Shown here: one piece after another, positions 1-7,754 of the stretch
Numbering within the stretch: position 1 is the stretch's first letter
How the letters are laid out: the number at the start of each line of letters is the position of its first letter
From: Vulcanimicrobiota bacterium
GTDB lineage: Bacteria; Vulcanimicrobiota; Vulcanimicrobiia; Vulcanimicrobiales; Vulcanimicrobiaceae
Reading direction: 5' to 3'
NCBI GenBank assembly: GCA_963733295.1
Contig: CAVTCS010000009.1
Location: 1 to 10,371, forward strand
Length of the DNA stretch: 10,371 bases
The notes under the pieces: generated by a model
The model's database searches: none
Told to the model about the DNA's origin: nothing
The model's input: the letters and a program-made list of their open reading frames with translations, nothing else
Program-made: the position numbers and the translations under genes

Positions 1-1393
1 ACACTGTTAGTGGAACTTGCATTCGTCCCGCCCGCGACGGCTCAGCAAGCGCCGTCCGCAACACCGTCGCCCAGCGCTACTGAGTTGAGCAAAAGCACTA
101 TCCATAGCCGCGCATCCGAGGCGGTCGTTTGGGGCATGCCGGCCGTCAACGCCGAGCTGATGTATGAGGCGCTGGCGCAAAACGGTGGCGCGTTTAATCA
201 GATCGTCTACTGGTCGGCACTCCCATTTGGAAGAACCAGACGCTAAGCGCTGAATCCGGACGCGATCTCTCTCATGCCCTTCTTTAACACGAAGGACGTG
301 GTTCCGATGGTCCTCGAGATTCCGCCCGCTGACGGCGGCTCGATCACCGGTAACGTGGACGATCTGGCAGACGCCGCTGGAAGACGTTGGGCCAGCCGGC
401 GTTAATAAAGGGAAGGGGATGTGCTTGCCTGATTCTTCCCCCAGGCTACAAAGGGACGGTACCGAGCGGTACACCGCCCTGCCGTCGGAGGTTTACAGGG
501 CTTCGCGTTACTGCGTCGATCCTGAAAAGTGGCAGTGCGGCCGATGTCGCCAAAGCCGTTGCCTACGGCAAGCGCGTCAAGCTTTACCCTCTGTCGCAAG
601 CAGCAAATCCACCCGCGACGAAATTTGTCGATGCTCTAAACGTGGTATTCGAAGCTGAGCATTCCGTATGATTTGCGATACTTCCAGTCGCTGGACCACA
701 TCGTACAGAGCCAGCCTTGGCTAAAGCGGGACAAAGCGATGATCGACCAACTCAAGTCCATCGGCATCAAAAAGGCAAGCCATTTAATCCCAACCCAGAA
801 ACGCAGCAGATACTCCAAGATGCTGCCAGAAGCCCATCTTTGGTTTGAGACCCGGTACCAACTCTCTTTGCGCCGCCGTTGTTCGCAGGGACTCATCGGG
901 CTCCCCCATTTGAGCGATGTTGCCAGGCGGAATCGTCGGCGATTGCAAAATCCAACGCGTATTCCGTCGACAACCGGGGCTTCACCTACACCTACGGCTT
1001 CGTCGGCATCAAGCACCTGGGAACAGGCCAGTATTATCTGATGACGATTGCGGACAAAGACGGCCTGCCGTTCAAAGGAAGCAACACGTATAGAATGACT
1101 GTGCTGCGAACGTGCCGGTGAACAGTACTCATCGAAGATGGCATATAATCACGAAACCCACACCTTTGTCCGTAACGTGGCATGGGAAAGCCGGTCCTCG
1201 AATACACCGCCTTGCAGCAAACGCCAATGGTCTGTAACCATCTATTTCGCGCCGACTGCCCCATCGGGCAAGAGCTCGAATTGGATTCCAACGGACTCGG
1301 CCAGAACATTTGAAAGTGTCGGCCCGTTTCTACGGCGGAAAAACGCTCTTCGATAAGACCTGGGTGATGTCGGATATCGAAAAAGTGAAATGA
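1..1393 (+). CDS. DUF1254/DUF1214 domain-containing exported protein; multiple frameshifts (sequence error or pseudogene); 5' end probably lies before the window
   Basis: Fragments stitched across frames give typical family motifs: EAVVWGMPAVN, NQIVYWS, MPFFNTKD..PMVLEIPPADGGSITG, LILPPGYKG, VAKAVAYGKRVKLYPLSQAANPP, PWLKRDKAMIDQLKSIGI, IKHLGTGQYYLMTIADKDG, SVTIYFAPTAPSGKSSNWIPT, ending DIEKVK-TGA (1391-1393). Confidence 0.8.
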
Positions 1394-1855
1394 CCCACTC
1401 GGTACCGTTACCGCTGACAACTTCATCCGTGTTGAGACGACAAGACCTTTTCCGGCTCGAGCAGGTTTGGCAAGTTCCAGCATTTCCGAAACTGGCGCCG
1501 ATCGATAATGGATTCGTCCAGCGCGGCAATCATGACACACTCTATTCGATGGGTGTGTTCGATCTCGACGCCGAACCAGTCACGATCGCTAACGACGATT
1601 TACAAGCTCAACGTGTGAGATGTGCCCGTCGATGGCTTCTGGTCGATCAGTCTTTACGGCCCCGATGCGCTTTCAACAAAACAATCGGAACGCTCATACG
1701 TTCAACGACACCGCGAAGAAGGATCCGACGGTTCGGTAACCATAGTTCGGTGGCTGCGACCGGACGACCACAAATCTTCTTCCGATGGTCCCGGCTGTAC
1801 ATGGAAGTTCCCTGAAGCGAAAACGGTGCAGCTATCCGCAGCCCGAGCGGTTTAG
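1390..1855 (+). pseudogene. Second DUF1254/DUF1214-family gene, frameshifted and internally deleted
   Basis: ATGA overlap with the upstream stop. The N-terminal motif LAPIDN..VQRGNHDTLYSMGVFDLDAEPVTI is followed almost directly by the C-terminal motifs PVDGFWSISLY, GSDGSVTI and WKFPEAK. The 3' end is approximate. Confidence 0.65.
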
Positions 1856-2268
1856 CGAGGTCATCGGGCGGCGCGTCGCGGAAGTGGATGTCGGCGTTTG
1901 GACTCGCGATACGGAAGCAGTCAAACCATCGACTCATGGTGGAGGTCCACGACCTGGATGCGGTTGCAACAGGGCGTGGAATCGCAGCGGAATCGTGGAA
2001 TAAGACGATTCCGTATTGTTGGTCAGCTTGTCGCGCACCTCGGCGAGCTGTTTTCGTCGCGCACGATCAACCCGAAGTGGCGAAGCCGCGCGGGCTGCGT
2101 CTTGTCGACCTAAAGATCGCCAAATTGATGTCGCCCAGACGCATGAAGGCGTCACCCTCACCCTCGTCGAGCTTTTCGAGATCGAAAACATCTTCGTAGA
2201 ACGCGACTGCGCGGTCAACGTCGTGGACTCATCGCGAGGTGGTTACAGCCGTAAACTTTGACGTTGAT
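1850..2268 (-). CDS. VOC family (glyoxalase/bleomycin resistance/dioxygenase) protein, frameshifted; not shown as a single ORF in the track
   Basis: Manual minus-strand translation: (I)NVKVYGCNHLA..HDVDRAVAFYEDVFDLEKLDEGEGDAFMRLGD..., RHFGLIVRD, KQLAEVRDKLTN, NRIQVVDLHHESMVWLLPYRE. AGGA lies just upstream of an ATC at 2268-2266, probably a miscalled ATG. The 3' end is uncertain. Confidence 0.75.
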
Positions 2269-2446
2269 GTTCCTACGAACTGCAAGGCCCCGCAGCGGAT
2301 ACAAGGTAGTCCGGCCCGGGCAGCAGCTTCGGCGCTCGCGGCTCTCGAGCCGGCGCCCAGATCCGCCGGAGTGAATGCAGCGAGCGATCTAAATTTACGT
2401 AATTTGATTCGCCGTTGATCGACGGCGCGCGGCATTTATGTGAAAA

Positions 2447-2904
2447 ATGGCGACATGCGGTTACCGAAATTTCGTGGCGGCAGCCGCAATCGCGCTCTTC
2501 GCCGTGGCCAGTTCGGCCGCGCGAGCGGATACGGGCCCGACCACCGACAGCGCGATGGCGTTCGAGCACAACCTGGCCAAGGCGCTAGTCGACAACGATC
2601 CCAACGCTCTGGGGCGTTTGCTGGCGAACGAATGGATCGTGATCAGCGCGCCGGCGGCGTGGCCGACCGCGACGCCGTCATCGACGCGGTCCGCAAGGGC
2701 CTCTGGGTGCACAAGACCGTGGACATATCGGACCCGCGCGTGCGCATCTACGGCAACACCGCCGTCGCCACGTATCGCCTTGCGAACGTCGGCATCCTCG
2801 GCGGAAAGCCGTTCAACGTGCAAGAACGCGAGACCGACGTCCTCGTCTGGAACGGCGGCGAATGGAAAGCCGTCCTCTCGCACGAGAGCTACTTGAACGA
2901 ATGA
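2447..2904 (+). CDS. Secreted NTF2-like/DUF4440 (SnoaL-like) protein; one frameshift near 2650
   Basis: Signal-like N-terminus (FVAAAAIALFAVASSAARA), then LAKALVDNDPNALGRLLANEWIVIS. After a frame switch: ADRDAVIDAV...VDISDPRVRIYGNTAVATY...RETDVLVWNGGEWKAVLSHES-stop, a typical DUF4440 pattern. Confidence 0.8.
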
Positions 2905-3043
2905 GTCTCGGCCGGTAGGCTACGGCTTCGCCGCCGGATAGTGGGCCCAAGTCGCACGGTACGAAGCAAGTTTAACGAATCGCTGAGCGCGGTATCCGGT
3001 AAACGCCGTCGAAAAGCGCCCTATCGACCTTCGATCTTCCTCG

Positions 3044-3762
3044 ATGGGCAGGCAGCCTGACCGTTCCACACCTCAACCAGCAACACGCTCGGGTCTTGCG
3101 CGAGATCTTCGAGCATCCGGTCGCGCGCGATCTCGAGTGGCCCGACGTTCTCAGCCTCATGGAGCATCTTGGGAACGTGCAGCAGCGGCATGACGGCAAG
3201 TATCAGATTCAGATCGGTACGGCGCAAACGATCGTCGAGCGGCCGCAACACAAGGACGTCGAGCTCACCGAGTTGCTGCGGTTGCCGAGCTTCCTGAAAG
3301 AGGCCGGCCTCGAGGTAACCAAAGCGCAGCCGCCGTCGGGGCAATCCGATACACGATCCAGCGCCCGAGCCGTTGTGGTCGTCGATCATCATCAGGCACG
3401 CTTCTTCGAATTCGGAAGCGACGGCGTGCATCTCGTCGAGCGCGATCAATCGGAGCCCCTGGATCCGCACGGTTTTGAGCGGCATCTCGAGCATCGGAAA
3501 GAGGCGGATTACAAAGGCGAACGGGTCCCCGAACCCGACGAGTATTACGAGCGGATAGCGGAGCGGTCAAGGGCGCGGGCACGATTCTGCTCGCGGGAGA
3601 TGCGACCGGGAAGAGCAGTGCCATGCGGTATCTCGCGCATCATCTCCAGGAAAAGCACGGGGATATTTGGCATCACGTTGTCGAATGGAGAGCTTAGATC
3701 TATCCTCGATGACGCTATCCCGGCTACAAGAACTCAATGAGAGGTACAAGCAGACGTCATGA
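3044..3762 (+). CDS. Fusion protein: N-terminal HicA-like domain plus C-terminal eRF1/baeRF-like ('translational machinery protein') domain; frameshifts near 3047, 3567 and 3683
   Basis: N-terminus LNQQHARVLREIFEHPVARDLEWPDVLSLMEHLG...VERPQHKD...SFLKEAG. Stitched C-terminus AVVVVDHHQARFF...RHLEHRKE...EYYERIAER.KGAGTILLAGDATGKSSAMRYLAHHLQEKH...VV.MESLDLSSMTLSRLQELNERYKQTS-TGA (3760-3762). The start at ATG 3044 assumes one extra G; the ORF track starts at TTG 3096. Confidence 0.7.
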
Positions 3763-4109
3763 AAACGAGTCGAAGCGGAATCGAGCCCGGCGCGAAGCCG
3801 AGCGGAACCGGTTGCGTCGAATGCTTGGCCTCGCGTAGCTGGTGGTTCCACCTGCGCCGCTGCGCGGAGTGCGGCCACATCGGCTGCTGCGATCAGTCAC
3901 CGGGCCAGCACGCTACCGAACACAATGCTTCCACGCATCATCCGGTCATCGCGAGTTTCGAACCCGGAGAAGATTGGTTTTACGACTACCAAGACGAGCA
4001 GTTCTTCGAGGGGCCTCGGCTCGCGCCGCCGCACGCGCATCCGAAAAATCAACCCGCACCCGGACCCGACGGCGCCGTTCCACCCAACTGGGAAACTTTG
4101 CTGAACTGA
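3759..4109 (+). CDS. UBP-type zinc finger (zf-UBP) domain-containing protein
   Basis: Intact 116-aa ORF with GCVECL..WWFHLRRCAECGHIGCCDQSPGQHATEH...HPVIASFEPGEDWFYDY, the bacterial zf-UBP signature. ATGA overlap with the reconstructed upstream stop. Confidence 0.92.
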   Translation: MKTSRSGIEPGAKPSGTGCVECLASRSWWFHLRRCAECGHIGCCDQSPGQHATEHNASTHHPVIASFEPGEDWFYDYQDEQFFEGPRLAPPHAHPKNQPAPGPDGAVPPNWETLLN

Positions 4110-4234
4110 TGACGAGGACGTTTCAGCTCTCCGGGCTGAGTACGAAGCCTATCCTGAATCTTCTAGATAGCATCAGCACTAAACTGAACGGACGGGTTCT
4201 TGCCCGATGCAGGTTTCGAGAGTATTATCCAGAC

Positions 4235-4336
4235 CTCACCGAGCCTAAGGACAAGTGTGGCGAGACGCGCTGCTACATCCGCGATCCTGACGGTTACATT
4301 ATAGAAGTCGGGCAAAGCAAACCGGGACTCGTTTAA
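4235..4336 (+). pseudogene. C-terminal fragment of a VOC/glyoxalase family gene
   Basis: LTEPKDKCGETRCYIRDPDGYIIEVGQSKP-stop is a typical VOC C-terminus (DPDG..IE). The sequence upstream does not resemble a VOC N-terminus. Confidence 0.7.
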
Positions 4337-4413
4337 AAGGAGAGAACATTTCAGGTATCAGTTGCTTCGCGAAGTTGTATGCGACAATAGACTTCGAGAC
4401 TGGCGCTGCCGGA

Positions 4414-4830
4414 TCAGTGCGGGTGCGTCACGGTTATGGCTTGGGGTTGGGTGCCCGCCGCGAACGGCGACCCTGCCACTGGCGTCAGCGCGCCGCTGGT
4501 CCCGTCGATGGTATAGGCGGAAACATTGTTGGAGTACACGTTGGCCACATAGGCGAACTTGCCCGTGGGATCGACCGCTAATATGTCGGTGAAGCCGCCC
4601 GCCGCAAACGGCGACCCCGCCACCGGCGTCAGCGCGCCGCTCGTTGCGTCGATGGTGTAGGCGGAAACACCGCTGTGGCCAGCAGAGAAGCTGGTCACGT
4701 AGGCAAACTTGCCAGTAGGATCGAGCGCTACGCCAACGGGACCGTTACCCGTCCCAAACGGTGATCCCGCCACCGGCGCCAGCGCGCCGCTCGTCGCGTC
4801 GATGGCGTAGGCAGAAACATTGTTAGAGTT
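4414..4830 (-). pseudogene. 3' part (repeats 6-8) of the IS-interrupted beta-propeller (lactonase/cycloisomerase-2-like) gene
   Basis: Reads NSNNVSAYAIDATSGALAPVAGSPFGTG...QAITVTHPH-stop, with the same repeat as 6208-7026. It rejoins that segment in frame when the IS and one target copy are removed. Confidence 0.92.
4822..4830 (+). repeat. 9-bp target-site duplication, left copy (GTTAGAGTT)
   Basis: Identical to 6208-6216 and abuts the left TIR. Confidence 0.93.
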
Positions 4831-4889
4831 GAGGTCGTTTCAATCTGCGGGGAAACGCCGGCGGTGCAACTCTTGTTGGTGTGATTATC

Positions 4890-6103
4890 TCACGCAGCTC
4901 GTTTCAGTGCAACCGGTTCAGCTGGAAAGTCCAGGAGATCGCGATAGCCGCGTAACCGTCTCCATGTTGGAGATAACTTGATGATCAACGCGTGCGTGAC
5001 GGCGGTGGCGAACTCTGCGGTCCGTAAGCGCTTCATGGCATCGGTCCGGTGACGGATCGGAGCGAAGATTGATTCGATGGGATTGGTGGTTCGCAGATGG
5101 ATCCACGTCGCGTGCGGAAAGCGATAATACGCGAAGAGGCGGTTGCGGTCATCGCGCAGGCATGCGGCAGCCTTGGGATACGATCGTTCGTAGGATTTCG
5201 CTAGAGATTCGAGCTTGCGTCGAGCTTCGGCTTCGGTCTCTGCGTGCATGATCGCCGCCATTGCCGCGTGGGCATCGCGTTGGCGTTTCTTGGGGAGCTT
5301 TTCCGCGACGTTACGAATCTTGTGCAACCAGCAGCGCTGCTGGAGACCTTGGGCCACGCCTTATCGGCTGCCGCCCATAAGCCGCACGCGCCGTCGGCAA
5401 CCAGGAGCTGCGGCGCACGCAGCCCGCGACGTGCAAGATCCTCGAAGAGAGCGGTCCAAGCCGCCTCGCTTTCGCTCATCGCCTCGCGTAAAGCCAGCAA
5501 ATGCTTGTCCCCATTGCGATCGGCTCCCAAGACAACAAGGAAAACGCGGCGTTCGTCGTCTGGACCGGCGCCTAGATACACGCCGTCGGCCCAGGTGAAG
5601 ATTAGGTCGAGATCATCGAGCCGGCGCGTATTCCAGGCCGCAAAGTCGGCTAGGAGCTGTTTGTTCGTTCGAGTGATCGTTGCGGCGGAAAGCGGAGCGT
5701 CCTCGCCTAGAAACGCGCGCAGCGTGCCTTCAAAATCGCGCGTTGCCAATCCGTCAAGCCAAAGCGCGGTCAAGCTCGCATCGACATTCTGCAAGCGACG
5801 ACGGTGCTTTGGGAGAATCGCCGAGCTGAACGAAGCTCCTCGGACTCGTGGGCGCCGCACCGCTATCGAGCCGCGGTTGGAAGTGATCACGCGAGCACGA
5901 TCGTGCCCGTCGCGATAACCCAGCTTCGCGTCGGGAGTGCGCCGTCGGTAGCGAAGGCGTTCGAGGGCTTCGTCGACTTCGGCCTCGAGCACCGCTTGGA
6001 ACAACTCGCTCAGTTTCGCTCGGCAAACTTCCTCGAGTTGGAGCGTCAGATCGGCCGAGTCGGGCTTGGCAACAGGCACCTGGGTGCGGTAAGATCGTTT
6101 CAC
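4890..6103 (-). CDS. IS256-family transposase (about 404 aa once a single missing base near 5347 is restored)
   Basis: GTG start with an AGGAGG RBS. Motifs GYRDG, LWLDGLATRDF, FTWADGVY (D), LLVADGACGL (D), QRCWLHKIRN (CxxH), HLRTTNPIESIF (E). Split between ORFs 5201..6103 and 4890..5357. Confidence 0.95.
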
Positions 6104-6151
6104 GGTTGGTGTACCTCCTAGATGTTAGCAATCCAAGAGTTACACCACCGT
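6102..6151 (-). promoter_or_regulatory. Long imperfect hairpin covering the transposase RBS and start codon
   Basis: Minus strand: ACGGTGGTGTAACTCTTGGA-ttgctaaca-TCTAGGAGGTACACCAACCGT. The arms pair with one bulge, one mismatch and two G:U pairs. Confidence 0.7.
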
Positions 6152-6207
6152 CTGTTCATTTCCCGGAACGGCTGTCCGGGAATTCCCCCTCAAATCGAAA
6201 CGATCTC

Positions 6208-6216
6208 GTTAGAGTT
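6208..6216 (+). repeat. 9-bp target-site duplication, right copy (GTTAGAGTT)
   Basis: Identical to 4822-4830 and abuts the right TIR. Confidence 0.93.
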
Positions 6217-6930
6217 GGCGTTGGGCACATAGACGAACTTGCCCATATGATCGACTGTCACATCCGTGGGACCGGCGCCCGTCGCAAACGGCGAGCCGGC
6301 CACTGCGGTTAGCGCGCCGCTGGTCGTGTCGATGGTGTAGGCGGAAACTGTGTTGGAGAGGGAATTGGGCACATAGGCGAACTTGCCCGTAGGATCGATC
6401 GCTAATGATAGCGGAAAGCGGCCCGTCTCAAACGGCGACCCCACCACCGCGGTTAGCGCGCCGCTGGTCGTATTGACGGTATAGGCGGAAACATTGTTGG
6501 AGAGCTCGTTGGACACATAGGCGAACTTGCCCGTAGGATCGACCGCTATGCCATTGGGACTCTCGCCCGCCGCGAACGGCGACCCCGCCACCGGCGTCAG
6601 CGCGCCATTGGTCGCGTTGATCGTATAGGCGGAGACAGTGTTGCCGACGTAGTTGACCACATAGGCGAACTTGCCCGTAGGATCGACTGCCACGGTATTG
6701 GGAACGTTGCCCGCCCCAAACGGCGACCCCGCCACCGGCGTCAGCGCGCCGCTGGTCGTATCGATGGCGTAGGCGGAAACATTGTTGTCTTGATGGTTGG
6801 CCACGTAGGCGAACTTGCCCGTAGGATCGACCGCAATGCTAATGGGACTGCCGCCCGCCGCAAAGGGCGACCCAGCCACCGGCTTGAGCGCGCCGCTCGT
6901 CGCGTCGATAGTATAGGCGGAAACACCTGA
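6217..6930. repeat. Coding tandem repeat with an exact 144-nt period
   Basis: GCGAACTTGCCCGTAGGATCGA recurs at 6377, 6521, 6665 and 6809, with a diverged copy at 6233. Further units lie at about 4430-4821. Confidence 0.92.
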
Positions 6931-7080
6931 ATCGCTGATCACATAGGCGAACTGAACTCCGCCATGCGCACACCCAATGGTTACGAGCAGTAGTCCGATT
7001 GATAGAAACGCAATGGCGTTACGCATAAGGTATCTCCCTCTCTGAGCCGTGGACTCGAATGCCTCGCCGAGCGGCTTGAG

Positions 7081-7619
7081 GTGTCACTATTGTCTATCAG
7101 ATTTGTTCCTCTGTTGGTGATCGCCTTTGCGTGCTCGATGAGCACGCGGGCGTTCGGAGAATCCTTCGTCCAAGCGAATTCGACTGATTTTATTGGGCGC
7201 GAGCTCACATGGCTTTGCCGTGAGCCTGACGTTCTCAAAGGTAACCTTCGATCCGACCGAGCCAATTGTCGCAGTGCTTGGCCTTCGAAATCTCAACTCA
7301 AACCCGGTGGAAATCGCTCGCGGCGCAATCTTCGTAGATTTTGATTGGTCGTACTTGACGGAGCGGGTCGACAGCTACAGCCGCGAGACGATAAACCCGC
7401 CCCGGGTTTTGAATCCTCAGGGGGCATCGGGATTACCTTAGCTCCGCGCTTCGCCTGGGAGAGTCCTTTGACTTACAAGAACGCTATGGTTTCCACGAGG
7501 AAAGAGACCATAACTCACTAGGCCGATTCAGTTGAAGCAGATGTAGCTCGGTAGGCGATGAATGACCGCCCGTCGCGGCACCGGTGTCACAAACGATTAC
7601 AATTCAAGTCCATCCATAA
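7081..7619 (+). CDS. Possible secreted hypothetical protein (beta-rich), frameshifted
   Basis: Signal-like IRFVPLLVIAFACSMSTRAFG, then in another frame SHGFAVSLTFSKVTFDPTEPIVAVLGLRNLNSNPVEI, and a plausible C-terminus PVSQTITIQVHP-TAA (7617-7619). The middle cannot be read and no family was recognised. Confidence 0.4.
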
Positions 7620-7754
7620 AGCCCTGATCGTTTTTTTCGACTGAAAACCCTAAGCCTTAAATGCACCTATCCAACCGGGTCCCTTTCCCCCTCCGCGATC
7701 AGCGTACCAGTGCGGAGCGGAAAACCGCGCGCCACCGGCGCTACCGGGCAGTCT

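Larger units (their letters stand above)
4831..6207 (-). mobile_element. Complete IS256-family (prokaryotic Mutator-like) insertion sequence, 1377 bp
   Basis: Left end GAGGTCGTTTCAATCTGCGGGG matches the reverse complement of the right end, GAGATCGTTTCGATTTGAGGGG, at 18/22 positions. Flanked by the direct repeat GTTAGAGTT at 4822-4830 and 6208-6216. Encodes a single DDE transposase. Confidence 0.96.
6208..7026 (-). pseudogene. 5' part (signal peptide plus repeats 1-5) of a beta-propeller repeat protein, lactonase/cycloisomerase-2-like, probable lipoprotein; interrupted by IS256
   Basis: GGGAG RBS before ATG 7026. Signal-like MRNAIAFLSIGLLLVTIGC with a lipobox-like Cys19. 48-aa repeats VSAY.I...SGAL..VAGSPF..G......AVDPTGKFAYV. 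The ORF runs 5 codons into the IS and stops at 6190. Confidence 0.92.

Noticed and set aside
2905..2940. Possible terminator after the DUF4440 gene
   Set aside because: Only a short stem (CGGC-TTC-GCCG) with no U-tract.
3842..4336. 164-aa ORF as a real gene
   Set aside because: Its first part is an off-frame reading of zf-UBP; only the last ~33 codons look like genuine (VOC) coding sequence.
4810..4845. Hybrid promoter from an outward-facing TTGAAA in the IS end driving the 3' propeller half
   Set aside because: The best -10-like hexamer (AACAAT) is only 13 nt away, and nothing convincing lies at 16-18 nt.
5340..5360. Programmed frameshift in the IS256 transposase
   Set aside because: There is no slippery run at the site, IS256 transposases are single ORFs, and one missing base explains it in a window full of indels.
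5215..6121. Long + strand ORFs 5215..5598, 5244..5918 and 5804..6121
   Set aside because: They are antisense shadows of the GC-rich transposase gene with no recognisable motifs.
6217..6930. Conserved blocks alternating with variable blocks, resembling a CRISPR array
   Set aside because: The period is 144 nt and in frame within a protein-coding repeat, the 'spacers' are homologous to each other, and no cas genes are present.
4414..7026. Diversity-generating retroelement as the source of propeller variability
   Set aside because: No reverse transcriptase or non-coding template repeat is present in the window, and the differences between repeats are not confined to adenines.
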